A DNA stretch of 64,000 nucleotides, filler included, from Sphacelaria rigidula (lineage: Eukaryota): NCBI GenBank assembly GCA_964200075.2. It is 7 parts of 7 records of this genome, joined end to end, with 100 filler letters (N's around TTAATTAATTAA, not from the genome) between each part and the next. Parts side by side here need not be neighbours in the genome. Positions count along the whole stretch, not along the records: positions 1 to 9,069 come from CAXNAA020009377.1; positions 9,170 to 18,237 come from CAXNAA020009378.1; 5 more parts are not named here. One strand, given 5' to 3'. Below are positions 1 through 13,825 of the stretch, piece by piece (positions within the stretch are counted from its first letter, which is position 1; the number at the start of each line of letters is the position of its first letter). Made by a program: the position numbers and the translations under genes. The notes under the pieces are model-generated. The model did no database searches and had not been told where the DNA came from. It saw nothing but the letters and a program-made list of their open reading frames with translations.

Positions 1-552
1 GTGGGTGTTGGGGGGTGGGGGGTGGGTGTGGGGTGTTTGTGGGTGTGGGTGGGGGGGTATAAGTAGTTCGGTAGCTCCGTGCAGGATTTATGTAGATTTC
101 TGCAGACACACGTTGTTTTATCGCACAAACTGTGCCATGACTTCACGAACCCCTCCCCCACGCAACTATGCATTGGATTATGACCTGTTCGTTCCATTAC
201 TGTCGTACCTAACCCTTATCCTGTAGGGGGGGCAGGGGGGAGGTGTGGGAATGGTGAAATGGACCAGGGTTCATATGGAAGTCTCGTGGAGGAGGGAGGG
301 ATTGGAGTCACGGTAGAGTCCGTGCGAGAAGATGACGTGTCTGTATGTAGGGGTGTCAAAACCTCATGCACCTGCACTGAAGTATTCCCCTGTCTTCGTG
401 TCCATTAAAAATCAGTCTACAACATGGATCGCAGTTTTTATCGCGAGATCTGCAATCATTTTTGTGTTGGTGATATGACAAGACAGTTGTACAAGAGAAC
501 AAAAAATAGACTACCAGTAGCACGCATCATCTGTCTCTTTTTGCACTGTAGC

Positions 553-606
<54 letters not shown>

Positions 607-992
607 TCCCTTCTCCCCCAACCCCCCCCCACACTCCTCTCCCGAGTCGGNNNNNNNNNNCAAACCAATTTTACAAAACAAAAAAAAACAAACCACCCGC
701 ACCACCCCCCCCCCCTCCCTTTTTCCCCTTCACCCCCCCCCCCCCCCTCCCCCCCGCATCCCCGCATCCCCGCATCCCCGGATCTTATCCATCTGCACCA
801 TAACCGCGACATCAATTCCTGGCGGAAGGTTGAAATTATTCCAACATAATGAAAGAAACAAACGCGGCTTTTTCAACTTACAATACTCAACGTCATTTCT
901 TATTTCTTAATTCTCATTTATCAAATCTCGAATCTCAAATCTCAAATCTCAAATTCTCAGTTCTCAATTCTCAATTCTCTCCACGCGCACAG

Positions 993-2233
993 GTCGAAGA
1001 TATCGGCATCATCACGCCCTACTCTGCCCAGGTCAGACTCCTTCAAGATGTTGTCGGAACCAGGAGGCGCTCAGCCGCTAAGGCGGCCGCAGCGGCGACT
1101 GCTTCAGCGGAGGCTGCCGAGTTCAAAACTCAGGATTTCGGGTTTTCTGTCCCTCCGGGTGACGAAGAGGGCGGGCAGCAAGGTGGCGGCAGAGATGAGA
1201 GAGGCGCGGGGAGTCGGGTGTCTGACCAACGGAGCGGTAGGGGAAAGGGTGTGGCGATGCCGGAAATTGCTTCTGTTGATGGATACCAGGGGAGAGAAAA
1301 AGAGGTGTGTAGCTTGTATGTGCACTCTGGACAACATATTACGTTGTCGAATGATGTACTGAGTACAGTGTGGAATCCGTTGTCTGTTGCAATAGACTCA
1401 GTATTCGATACTGTACGCAGTACACTTTTTGACAATAAAATCTATCGTCCAGGGTGCCGTCGTGCGTGTGCGTGTGTGTCCGGCTTCACTCTATCTTTGC
1501 GCATGTACCGTCGTTTGTAGACTCATTTGGGATGCTCTTGTTGAGAGTTTTGCCCCCACCCCCACCCCCTCCCGCCGTACACCCTGAATTCACGGGGTGT
1601 AAGGGTGGAGCGAGTATGAGAGTAATGCTTCCTGTTCGCATGAAATATTTTACTTGAAGCATTTATGCTCATGAAAATCAATCACATGGAGATATGTCAC
1701 TCTCTTATCGCGTGTTTTTGAACGCAAAAAAGACAAAAACACGTTGTAAAATTCTCTGCCACCCACATTGTCAAGAATATGGTTCGTGGTCATGCCGTGT
1801 GCTTGTGGTACTGTACCGTTGCTGTATGTTTACATTTGCTGTAGGCATGTTATGTATATATATACATATTGTGGCTCCGGAGAGCCGGTCGCCCCGGTGG
1901 CTCAGTTGATTACCTCGAAACCTTGCGATGGTTGGTCGTGGAATCGAATCTCGGACCGATGTGAGATTTTTCTCACACAATGCCCAACAGTCGAGAGGGA
2001 CCATGTTGCGGATACACGAAATTCGACTTGATGGTCGACGAGGGAAAGGGACTGCTGAACGCCTCTCGCGATAAAAAAGGAAGGCAAACACCGCAGAAGG
2101 AAGGTGGAGAATTGAAGACAAACAAAAAACTGAAAATAAAAACACCTGTGTTGGCTTTCCTCCTGTGTGACCCCGCGGCTGGTGCGCCCACATGTACCGA
2201 AAGGTGTAGACCGGCGTCCAGAATAAACCGGAC

Positions 2234-2285
<52 letters not shown>

Positions 2286-3067
2286 TACGTCTATTCTGTT
2301 ATCACGTGTCTGAATCCGTACTGAATGAGTTATGGTGCGAGAATAAGTCAATCAATCTATCGATCGATAAATCAATAGTCAGTCTTACCCCGTAGGAAGC
2401 TTTGATGTAGGACAAGGGTCGACAGACTGTTGAAGTAGTCATGACCCAATACTCGAATGGAAGTGCATGTGTGGATCCCTTCAGACAATGGACTCTTCTT
2501 TTCCCAACACAAAACACGAAGAATCACTGAAATGTAGAGTAAATCCTTCTTTTCAGAACGAGTAGCGGGTTGTGGGAGTAGCGAACCGATGCATCATTGA
2601 TTCGTGACGTCCTTGCACTGCATGCATGGCTTGTCGGAGAATCCCGATATGAGGTTAATTGATGATATTGTGCAGCAGTAGACACAAAAGCGGTGCTTGG
2701 AGATACATACAATTCGTTTCATCTCCCGCGCACGATTTGATCTGACCTGAGCCAACCCTACATCGCGCACTCTCACCCCAAACAGGTCATTTTGCTTTCA
2801 GCCGTACGATCAAACTACGGAGGTCGTGTGGGTTTCCTGAGTGATTGGCGCCGGCTGAACGTCGCCGTCACTCGGGCGCGGCGAGGCGTGGTGGTGATCG
2901 GAGACCCCGACACACTGCGCAGAGACCCGCATTGGCGGGCGTTCCTGCAGTGGTGCGACACCCACGACGCCGTCATGAACGAGTCCACCCTTTTTCGGAG
3001 GATGAGTGGCAGTGCCGGCACCGATAGTAGCGTCGGCAACAACAGCTGTGAGAGAGGAACTCCCTGA
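993..3067 (+). CDS. Superfamily-1 RNA/DNA helicase (Upf1/NAM7/IGHMBP2-like, AAA_12 domain), last two exons, 5'-partial: join(993..1304,2786..3067)
   Basis: Exon 993-1304 follows cag and reads VEDIGIITPYSAQV...IASVDGYQGREKE, ending at gt. Exon 2786-3067 follows aacag and reads VILLSAVRSN...VGFLSDWRRLNVAVTRARRG...TGA. The junction is phase 0 and the motifs are the canonical C-terminal ones of Upf1-like helicases. Confidence 0.92.
1323..1456. mobile_element. About 135-bp MITE of the CACCCTGGACAA family (intronic copy)
   Basis: Inverted ends CACTCTGGACAA...CGTCCAGGGTG. Homologous to 41613-41746 and 21087-21200. Confidence 0.7.
2239..2283. repeat. (CA)n microsatellite
   Basis: Directly visible. 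Confidence 0.95.
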
Positions 3068-6000
3068 TTCTGTTGTGTTGTGCATGAAGGTTGGGGAGGA
3101 CGTTTAGATGAGATGTTTTCGATTGGTGGTGCCAGCGTGGTATTATACAAATACGCTTTTTTGAGCGGGTTTCGTTTGTTCGCTCGCTGGAGCGGTTTTA
3201 CATTTTACTGTTTTTCAAGGAGACATGTATGGATTGGGGGTGCGGCAGGAGTCGAGAGGCTCGTTCCGCTACTCTCGTACCTGCCGGTTATCGCGTATAG
3301 TGGGAGCTTAAAACTGCTCGAAGTTGTAAGTTCTAGCAACGTATGCATGACGTTTAGCTAGAGCAAGCCGTTCGCCCGTTGTTCGTACCTTATCCTCCAC
3401 CCCACTCCGTGAGGTGTGTCCGGGGTGGTCTCCGTCTTTTGTCTCCTTTTTTGCGAAGGGATTTCAATTCATTCTTGGAATTTTGAACGGCGAGGACGGT
3501 CGATGTCGTTTGAAAATCCGACATTATCATCATTCTGATTTGTTTCTCTCCTTCCATTGTTTGATGGAGGGGAAAATATATATATATATATATATATTCG
3601 GCTGTTTTTTTGTCAGGAATTGAGTCAACATGGGACGGGCGGTTGAATTTGATCAGATCAGATCTGATCTGATCTGATCTAATTTTCCTTTGAACTGATT
3701 TTAACTGATTGATCTGATTTGATTCGATCCGATATGATCTAATTTAGTTTGAGTTTTGAAGATAAAAAATGAGAGGGAGAAAAATACTCAATCGACACCG
3801 ATCGAGGGGTACCTTGGTTGAAACATCGAGCTAGCTGCTGGGGTGTTTCCCTTTGTTGGGCAGGCTTCATGGCCTCTTGTTGCTGGATGTTTCCGAAAAA
3901 ATGTGTGGTGATTTTTTCTTTTTTCCCGTTTGACGGAAATATGTTTTTTTTTTGGGCGGGGAGAGGGGGGGGAAAAATGTTTGTTTTAAACTCGTCTGTT
4001 TCTGGGAGTCGTTTTGATAGTTCAGCATTTGATTTTCTGCAAAGGGTGCGAATTATTGTACAGGTTAGTGTCGCTCGCTCGAAACGAAGGTGTGTTTTTG
4101 GTCGGATCGTTGGGGGGATGATGACACAGCTCTATTATAGTAGTTACCGTGAAATAAAAGTGTTTTGCGAGAGACTCAATGACAAAGGGTTGGTGGGTGG
4201 GGGGGGGGGGGGATTGCGAAGGCACATGCTGATTGTACATAATTAAGATGGTATATGCTTCGGTTTTTATATCTCATCGAGTGTTGGTGAGCCGCTGAGG
4301 TGATGGAGGAACGAAGAAGTGACTCTTTGGACCGTTTAAAGGTGATTGATTTTGTCCTTCCGAGACCAAGAGATGGAGTAATATAATAATTATCGACATG
4401 GCCGCAAAAGACAAGAAGGAAAATAAAAGAGAAATAATGATGTAAATATATATTTTCCCGATCGTTGATGAATTTTGATTTGTGCTCTATCCGGATCAGA
4501 TGGCATTATTTTTGTCCTGTAAATAAATACCCAGGTATTAAAAAAAAATCGAAAGTGAGGGGCAAAAAAGGGAAAACTGACAAGAGGATTTTGATTCGTA
4601 TCGTGTTGCAGCGCGTAAAAGTACTGTGCTGGGGGTGGATTTCATCCGTGCGTTGTTTTTCCTCGAGCGTATCGAGTGCCGTCGTGGAGTAAATCGGAAG
4701 GCTTTTTATGTTTACGACGTGGCCGGCGTCGTCCTCGTCGTCGACTTCGGTGTCATTGGATTTCGAAGCATGCACCATGACCTTCGAAGAATGTACCTCG
4801 ATGTAAGCGTAGTGGCGACTGAGAAAAATTGAGGCGTTTTGGCGTACGGGAGGATGGGTAGGGAGCGAGGGTGAGACATTCACCTCAGCTTGAACTTGCG
4901 ACCTGCGTCTGACCGCATTTCACCTATATTCTTGAAAGAGGGGATGGGGTGGGGGGGGGGGTGAAGCGTACTCATTTGTTGCTTGCCTTGGTCGCTTGAC
5001 CAATGACCGCGCATCCCTTGCGAGGCGAGGGGAGGGGGGGGGGGGGGGGCGCGCGAACTCATGTGTTCTTGCCTTGGTCGTTTGACCACTGACCACGCAT
5101 CCCTCACCGGACGGCGCAGCACCGTTCGTATTCCTCATAGAGACACCTCCAGCATTTGGGAGAGGGGGGATGTACTCATGATCATGCATGCCATAGTCAT
5201 CAGACCATTGAGGGGGGGAGGGGTGTACTCATGATCATGCATACCATGGTCATGAGACCATTGACCTCGGGAGCGGAATGAGTCATGACCAATAGCCATC
5301 CCACTGGCGGTTAGGGAGGAGGAGCAAGGGGGGGCAGGAGGCAATTTGTGATCCGAAGATAGCTCCTTGGGGACGTTGCCTGAGGCAGGTGCTGTAGTAC
5401 CTCGTATTTTTATGTGGGAAAGGTGATGTGCGACCTGGACTGACACTTCCATATGGGGCAGTTAACATACACACGTGGCAGTTGAAGGAAGAGGAGTCTT
5501 GTAAACGTCGATAGCTCGACGATGTTTTGGGTGTTGCAGCTCGATGACTTTTCCGTCCTCGGAAGGAATGCACGTCCAGTACAAGAGGAGTTTGTCGGTT
5601 TGCGTGGCACCTGTACACGACCATTTTTGTTTTCGGCGGCGATCTTTACCCCACCTCCCTCTAGCCCCCGTTTACCCCCCCACCGCCCGCGCGCTACCGC
5701 GGGATGACTTAAGAGGCTAGCAATGAAGGTGGCATGATTATGGATGAACATGCATAGGCTTCTGGAGTATGGGAGCTATTTTTCCTTCGTGGTATGCTCG
5801 TCCCGGAGAAGTATTTGATACCCACTCAAGTCGACACTGGAAGAAGGTTACTGTTCGCGGTATATTCCGGGGAAAGACGGTACCCATGCGATTAATATGG
5901 GCGTTTTTTTCGCGCAACGGTGGTGGTATTGGGGGGGAAAAAATAGCACCCATTCAATTCACATGGTAAATATATATATGCATATGTATACGTATATTCC

Positions 6001-8038
6001 TTTTAGGTGAGTTCGGAGAAAGGATAATGTACTGTACCCATTCGGTCGCAGTTGAAGACCACAGACAGAATGAGTCTCTTTGAGATGTTCCTCGAGAGGC
6101 AGAAGGATCGAGGGTTCCTCCGTACGCCATGCGACAGGGAGTTTTTTTCCACTTATTCTTGATGTATGTAGCGGGTACCGAACAGGATTAATCGGGTGAC
6201 TGGGGTCTCTTTATTTATTGGAAGTGGTGGTTCTACACGTTTGTTCTGCTTATTTTTCTCCTTTACATAGCCAGTCTGGACGCACGCATGTGCTACTGTC
6301 GTTCTGTACGCATTTTTTCGTTCCGACAAGTTGGATGAACTGCGCCTAACATACCGATCGGTCTCTCCCTAGTTGGAGGGCATGTAAATAGGACACACTG
6401 TTGGTGTAAGAGAAACGAGGGACATTTTCTTCCCCCCCCCCCCGTGCGCCCCTTTTCTTGTTTAGCACCCGCGTAATCCTCGTTCTTTTGATTGTCGCAG
6501 ACCACGGGTTGTAGGCGATGTCATGGTCGATTGAGCGCACAGCGAAGTATGGCTTGGACCGCAAGCACGGTCGTGAGCAACTCAGATGGATGGAAACAAG
6601 AAGTAGTGTGGAGTGACTTACTACGCATCCTACTGTACAAATCACACATATGATGGCCGTTGTTCTGCACTAATGTACAGAGCATTCCGAGATCCGTCCA
6701 CAGAAGGGCCAATCACAAGCAGTGACTACGGTCATGCAAACCGTGGCCATTGAACCCATTGATGCGTCTGAGATGTCTTGGCTCCGGTTTTCAAATTTCA
6801 ATGAGAGGTTTGTCCAGTCTCGATATCGGTTGTAATTTTCCTCTATACTGCCGATCAGTGTCGGCCCTTGTACAGGTGAATATGCGCTTGTTTGATTTCA
6901 GAGATGAATGTTATATGAGTAGGGATGCAGGCGTTTGCAGCATCACCGGGTAAACAGTCGCCCCTGGCGGGTCCGCGTTGCTTCCCCGACTGGTGTCACG
7001 CTAACTCGGGGCACAATTTTTAGTTTTCGTCGTTGAGAATTCGAAGTGTGCAAGATGAAGGTGCATGAAAGGGGCGGGCACTGCGCGCTATGAATGTCGA
7101 AGAACATGATACGCGCTGGTTCATGTCCATCACCCTGAAAAACTCATCGGCAAAATCTCACGCCGATTCAAGGAGTTAGACCCTGAAATTTTGCACACAT
7201 ATCCGATGGGTAATTGCGCAACTTTCGAAGGTCGAGTTTTTTTTTTTCACTTCTTTACTTTTTCACCGTTTTTCGGGGGTCCCAGTTTTTCCGGGGAAAC
7301 TTTGATCCAGTCGAACCCACATGAAACGGTGAATAAAAACTCGTTCATCCACAATTGCGTAATGACCCATGGCACAGTCTAACTCCTGAACACGGCGTGA
7401 GTTTTTTCGCGTTTGTGCGATGAACTTTGCCGTGCCACGGTGAAACCGCAGTCTACTTGATTTTAGTACGAAAATGGCGTTTTTGGGCCTTCTTTGACGT
7501 GAACACAAGAGGGCACAAAAAAAATATTCCTGGACCCCCACTCCCCCCCCCCTCGTCAGGCAAAACAAAGAAAAAAAATCCAAACGAAATGGATGTTCCG
7601 GAGCCTTGTTGACGTCAGTAGATGAGGAAGACGTTGTCCAAACGATTCATGTGTGCCGTTTGTGCGCTGGCGCCTCTCTACCGACCCTTGCATTGTTGTT
7701 TGTAGGTGTGTGCTGCTGCATTTGTCTTTCCTTGTGATCCAAGTGAAACTCTTTTTATACACGGAAGTACAAAAAGACAAAAGCTTGGTCTTGGTTTTTG
7801 CAAGGAAGGTCAAGTTCGTCTTTTTTCCGCTGGAGTCGTTTTGTGCAAAGCTGGAATTATTGGCACAGGCAAATAATCGAGAATTGAATTCCGAGAGTGG
7901 AGCACCCCAATGCCTGCCCAACTTGAGCATGCCAATGAACATGTAATATAGGGCTTGTTTTGGTATGAGGATTTGATTTACAATAAAAGCACGACGATAC
8001 TTCGTCGCCTTTCTTCGTAGATAATTGATTTCATTGAA

Positions 8039-8900
8039 TTACACTGACTGGTCAACCAGTTCTCCCCCCGGCGGAGCACCGTTTCCCCCTCCATTTATCA
8101 TCCGACGATGATGATCCCGCATTCCGCTTCCTCTTTGCCAACAATTTTCGGCCTCTGCTACTCGTGCGCACAACCCTGTTAGACGTCGTGCCGGGGCGCT
8201 ACCATCCCCGCCCGTCCCCGCCACCCCCCCCCTGTCATGTTCCTCCTCCTCCTCCTCCTCCTCCTCTTCGTCATCCTCTTCGTCATCCTCTTCGCCGTCG
8301 TCGCCGTCGCCGTCGTCCACATAGTCATCCTCGTCCTCCTCGCTGCGACATTCGCTGCAGGAATCACTCAATTCGCTCGAGGCGGCTCGGCGACCTTTCC
8401 CTTTGCTACTCTTCGTCGCGCCTTTGGTCATGGTTCCTCCCTTCTTGTTCCCGCGAAGTACTACGTTCGTATTGTGTTCGCCACGATGCCCACCCTTCTT
8501 TTTAAACAATAAGAGCCCACAGCTTTCTTCTCAGCCTCGCTGACAGCAATATCCTCAAAAAAACGTTGGCCGTCCGGGTCGGCCCTCCTCATGTTCGCGG
8601 CACTACTGTGCGATTCCGCCACGTGACTACTCATACAGTATTTGCATTCCCATTGCTTACAGAATATATATGCACGACATCGGCACATTGGTACACGGGT
8701 TGTTTGAGGTATATTTCTTTGCCGTCTGTATAGCTTGTAGCCCCTCTGGCTTTCAAAGCAGAGCCTCGTCATGTACTGAGCTCGGGTCACCTTCTTATCT
8801 ATCCAACCTTGCCGGCTGCCTGACTGTTTTGGACCAGCTTGAATCAGACAATCGATGTTGTTTGCACACTACACAGCAGACACCATCTACTGCTCTTCTT
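8039..8900 (-). pseudogene. Frameshifted Cys/His-rich (zinc-binding) coding remnant followed by an acidic tract
   Basis: CVVCK...TAKKYTSNNPCTNVPMSC, then a frameshift in an (AT)n run, then FCKQWECKYCMSSHVAESH, then a D/E-rich frame at 8039-8509. Confidence 0.4.
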
Positions 8901-9069
8901 TCAGCTTGCTGTCTTTGACTCTGATCAATGGTTCCGTGCCCTATTTAACGTCAGGTTAGCGTTAGTGTACTTGGTGTGTATAGGAATGAGTGCTGTGACG
9001 CTAGCAGGTCTGCTGGTACTGCAGCGTCTAAATGCTGTTGAAGGACTCCCCAGCTCTTCTGGCCTCAAG

Positions 9070-9169
9070 NNNNNNNNNNNNNNNNNNNNNNNNNNNNNNN
9101 NNNNNNNNNNNNNTTAATTAATTAANNNNNNNNNNNNNNNNNNNNNNNNNNNNNNNNNNNNNNNNNNNN
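9070..9169. other. Artificial contig spacer (also 18238-18337, 27406-27505, 36574-36673, 45742-45841, 54909-55008)
   Basis: Each is N44-TTAATTAATTAA-N44, which has stop codons in all six frames. Confidence 0.98.
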
Positions 9170-9277
9170 GAATTCCCGGCTTCTCGTTGTGCTCGGCTTT
9201 TCCCACTTCGATTTACGTAAAGATTTTCCCTCCCAAAACCATGCACTTTTTCGGGGGGGGGGCTATCGTAGAAAGTG

Positions 9278-10743
9278 TCCACCACCAGAGCGAAGCGTGT
9301 GTCGCCGGATGAGGTTCCTTGCAACGAATGGAGGCTACCAAGGAAAGCGCCGCTGAAAAACGACACAAAGGTTGCTCTATCGCAGCGTAACACACATGGG
9401 AACCGTAATCTCGTTATAGAAGCCTCGGGTAAAGCTTAGTCCTGGTGATCGTCGATTGACAGCCAATAAAGCTCTCCCAGCGAAGTGTTCCGAATCATGA
9501 CCATATTGCCATCATGTACATTCGAGAGGAAGGGAAGAATAGCTGAGAAGAAACCGATGGTCTGGGTGTTCCGTCGACGCCTTCCGATGCTAGCGTATAC
9601 GAGTATGGGTGTACGTTTCGCCAACAGGGGCAAGTTCCGACCATTACGCTACACCTCCGCACCGCTACCACGGACTTCGGACATGTCAGCTCTTGGACGT
9701 CATGTGATGTCATTCCGAGTCGTGGAGAGGGAAGTATGGCAAACCTCGAGTTTGCATCCTTTGTCGCCCGGCAGCTGACTACAATTCGAGAATGTGGGGC
9801 GGGGCCCTCAGTCGGCTCAGGTACTTGTGTCAACAGAGCGTCGCTAGTGACGACGGAGAAAGTAGTTCTTGACGTTTTGCGACCGTTGAGGAGACATCCC
9901 CGTTGGATACGAGGGCCGTCACCGCCACGGTGTGTAGAACTGCGCTACACAACTTGGTGGGCGCGCGTTCGGAGCACAAAGCTGGAGTTCAGGACAAATG
10001 TTCACGCCAGATTCACACCCCAGAGAAGCATTCGGGGGTCGGCGCCTTTTGTGTTGGTGATTTGTCGTGTGGCTGTAGTGGCTTCCGCTTCAGCGGTGTG
10101 TGTCGTTCTGTTCCAAAGCCCGCCGCTTGCATACCGCTGGGAGATCTCGGACTCGGGCACTCATCCTTGTAGTGGACATTTGTCGTTGCCGGTCGCCCAG
10201 GAGCCATAAGGTATTGACCTGATACCATACCGCAAGTTGCACGACATATGTACCAGGGACTGCGGTCTGAGCTCCTGACCTTCTCTGTTCGCTTACATCA
10301 TGCACGCTGCGAACCACGTCGGATATATACTTACTCGATCCCTGTGCTAATGCTTCCGCCTCCTCTCAACCTACCCATCTATCCCGACCTGCAGGCATGT
10401 CCATCCCCCCGCCTTCCGGGTGTTTGTCTTGGGCGGACGTGTCCCCTTTCCTCCTGAGCGGCGTGATCATATCAGAGAGGGGGTTCGATGATGAGTGTGC
10501 GAGCGTCGACTCGTCTGATATGACCGTACGTGCTGGTGGGGTCGTGGTGGAAGATGTGGGCGACGGGGTGGGCGTTGCTGTGACGGACGGGGGCGGCCCG
10601 GAGACAAGCGCTGGAGTAGGCGGAGTCGGCAACAATCCGCACCCCGAGGTTGGTTGATGGCCCGCCCGGTATGATGGTGTCGCGAGTATCTTCTGTAGGA
10701 GCGGTACAGTTGATTTTTCGAACTGCTGCGCGCCCTGGACAAT
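9278..10743. repeat. About 1.5-kb dispersed repeat, copy 1
   Basis: Colinear and highly similar to 15352-17229. Lacks a 404-bp segment present in copy 2. Confidence 0.9.
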
Positions 10744-12608
10744 GGACGGCATCTACTGCAATATCATAAGTATCTGCCGCAGTTAAAGCCGATATTGTGT
10801 TCCGTGATGACTATCACAATTTCCTCCTCATTTTGTCGTCGGCGATGTTCATGCATAGATCCCTTTCCTACATTTGTTCCCGCACGGCAGCCCATTGTGG
10901 CCCTACATCCAAAACTGTTGCCACCGACCAAATATATCGATCGATAGCTTTTCAAATGTATTGATGACAGCAATGCTTTTCGATAGACTGGGTGCCACCT
11001 CTATCGATGGCGGTGATTGCTATTGATATATTGTGCACTAAATCTACTGATGACGGTAATCGCTATTGATAGATTGCGAACACAATCTGTTGATGCCGGC
11101 AATGAATATCGATATATACAAAGCAGAACCCACTGTGGTATTCAATTCTTACCAGCTGATATTTTCTGTCATCTATTGCCACACCTACATTGAAACATAA
11201 CATGTACAGAGCATATACTCTGTTCAAGTATGGTAGAAAAGCCGCAGGTGGACATGCAGTGGGGACACGATGATACTCCATGTGAGAACAGAGCGTCACG
11301 ATTCGGCAAGTTTCGGAACGGTTGTATGTTGCACGAATATGGAATATGTGGACAAAAGTTGACGAGTTTTGTTGTTGGTGTGGTGTTGGTACTCAGAGTT
11401 GTCCCTCTGATGGACATGAGCGCTTGTAGTACTTTTCTGCGTGGGCGAGATTTGCTTATACCCCGGACAATGGACTATGTAATGGAACATTGCTGCTGCA
11501 ACATCCCCGAAAAGTTGACTGTCAATCTTCATTGTCAGTCATGATCGACTGGCATCTCTGCCTATCGATAACTATTGTAGGCGACAATAGATTCGGGACA
11601 AGGGACAGAATGCATCATTGCTGCGACGATGTAGTGGTCAAGTTGTTCATCGATACATGTCCTTTGTTGCAGTACGCTCTGAATTGCGGTCGCCAATCTC
11701 TATCGCTAATCACAGTAGGATTTACAACGCGGCCACAAGTAGTCATAATGGGATCTAAATTGCGCCCACTGATGTCTTTTGCTGATCACAATAGGATTTA
11801 CAACGCGGCCACCAACAGTCATAGTAGGATCTGAATTACGCCCACCAATGTCTACTGCTGGTCACAATAGAGTCCGAATTGCGGCCACCAATGTCTATCG
11901 CCGGTCAAAATGCAATCTGAATCGCGGCGACCAGTATCTATTGCTGGCCACAGTAACAGTTGAATGGCGTCGATCACTAGCTATGTATGCACACTTGTGG
12001 TGGATGTTTCCACCGTATTCTACAGAAAGTATGGTCAGCCATCGCCTAAGGTAGTTTCGTGTTCATATATGAGGGGTATTGCCGTTGATACCATAAGACC
12101 ACTGCAGTGAGCATTATATTTATCAAAACCTATCGTTGGCGTCACCGGCTATCGATAGATGCACCCTATTGTAGAACAATCGATTGTTGACGGCAATGGC
12201 TACTGATAGATACCTCAGAACCCATTGTTGGCGGCAGAGGCTATCGATGGATTGTTCACCATCTCTGTTGATGGCGGCAAAGGCTACCGATAGACGGCTC
12301 ATCAGATATGTTGATGGTGGCATTTTGTATCGACATATGGCTCACCAGAGTCATTGATGACGGCAATGACCATCGATGTATGGCTCACCAAACATTGATT
12401 ACGGCAATGGCTATCGATAAATACGTCCCAGAATCTACCGCGGTAAACGATGTCCATCGATGGCCAGTGGTCTCTATCACTTGTAAGTGCCATAGACTAT
12501 TGATCGACTCTTGCAATATCAATTGTGTTTGACAAAATATATCGAGGAGGGTTTTCCCGCGTCTACTTCTGAAGCGATGGAATATTATTGTGTCCATTGT
12601 CCAGGGTG
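10731..12608. mobile_element. Non-autonomous TIR element with CACCCTGGACAATGGAC ends (CMC/CACTA-like termini) and an internal AT-rich repeat body
   Basis: CGCCCTGGACAATGGAC at 10731 and GTCCATTGTCCAGGGTG ending at 12608 match at 16/17. The interior has degenerate tandem units (GATTTACAACGCGGCCAC; GGCAATGGCTATCGATAGA). Confidence 0.7.
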
Positions 12609-13825
12609 TGAAATGTAGACAGAGGCCTATGGTGGTCGTGATGTCAGGATTACGAGGGTCGGCCACGTGGTGAAACGTTCTATTTTCGCGGCTCTCGCTC
12701 TCGCTTCAGGGCTTGTGTGTTGAACAAAGGCTCGCCGAAAAGACGGAGGGTCTACGAACGCTCAGAGGAGCTGCTTTTACCGCTGGTAGTACGCGATATT
12801 CTCGATGGTGCAAGTGATGGTGTTGACCCGATCGACATGCAGCTGGGTTTGCTTCAACTATGTGACCGTTTTCGTTTGTCGGGGGGTCGTCATGGTATGC
12901 TGGAGATGCTACTGACGTGCTGTCTTGGTTGTCCGATGTAACGAGTGCCTTGTTTCCCACCCACATTGTTTCAGTGAGGCTTCATGTCGGTCGAGCTGCT
13001 CGAGCTTTGTTGTTTAGGTGCGGTGCAGTCCCCATGGCGCGATCGTTCCTTCTTCTCATCTTGTCGTCCTACCCTGTCCTTGGTTGGCGTGCGACTTGAA
13101 TCAGCGTCTGCGCCATCTTGGACACACAAAGCAAATATCGAACATTTGTGGTGGGAAAAGGTAAACGTTCCAGGTTCCAACGAGGTCGATATAACTAGCG
13201 GAATATATTCTGCTCCGACTGTCCTCACGTGCCCGTCTTATCCTGCTCCGCATACCTGAAGCAGAGACAGCTTGAGAATACTACCGAGGAGCCGACGTCA
13301 TCAACGTCGGACGGTGAGAGAATGACGAGATCGTTGCAGTCTGCTGCGGTGGTGTCCTCAGGGAGTGCGGCGGTGTCTATAGCGGGTGAGTGGTTCGGTG
13401 GCCGTATACCCTGCGGCACAGCTCATGAAATGATGATACTACAGGAAGCTAAGGCAGGATCAAAGGGGTACGTCGCGACATCTCCCAAGAACCATACTCA
13501 ACAAAACCTTCAAGAGAAGAAACAAAGAAGGACCAGGGGATACTTCGCACCCTAGTGTGCTCGTTCCCGCTGTGTCGCAGTTGTAGTCACTCGTCATTGC
13601 AAAAAGTGTCAACCGTTTGCCTGGATATGCACGAGCCGTGAGGAAACGGTGTTCGGCTTGGTAACGACGGTGAGAACTCCGTGGTTGGCCGAGAAGGTAT
13701 ATGTACCATGCCTGTGCGCTGCCTGGGTTGCGAGAAATCTGTGTGAGGCTGTACACAGCTGTACAATATCCGTGTCGTTGCCCGAAACATTGGCGGTGGC
13801 AATCAGGGGGGGGGAATAGGAGCGA

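Noticed and set aside
424..849. Proline/glycine-rich ORFs (also 41644-42049, 45511-45789, 54957-55199)
   Set aside because: These are translations of poly-C/G tracts and gaps.
4506..4883. Minus-strand exon or viral-like ORF
   Set aside because: Coding-like codons and a plausible acceptor, but no recognisable domain or partner exon.
5500..5600. Helitron Rep motif (KVIELQ)
   Set aside because: Lacks the following RGxxHxH residues.
9114..9125. TTAATTAATTAA as a biological motif
   Set aside because: It is an assembly linker embedded in N runs.
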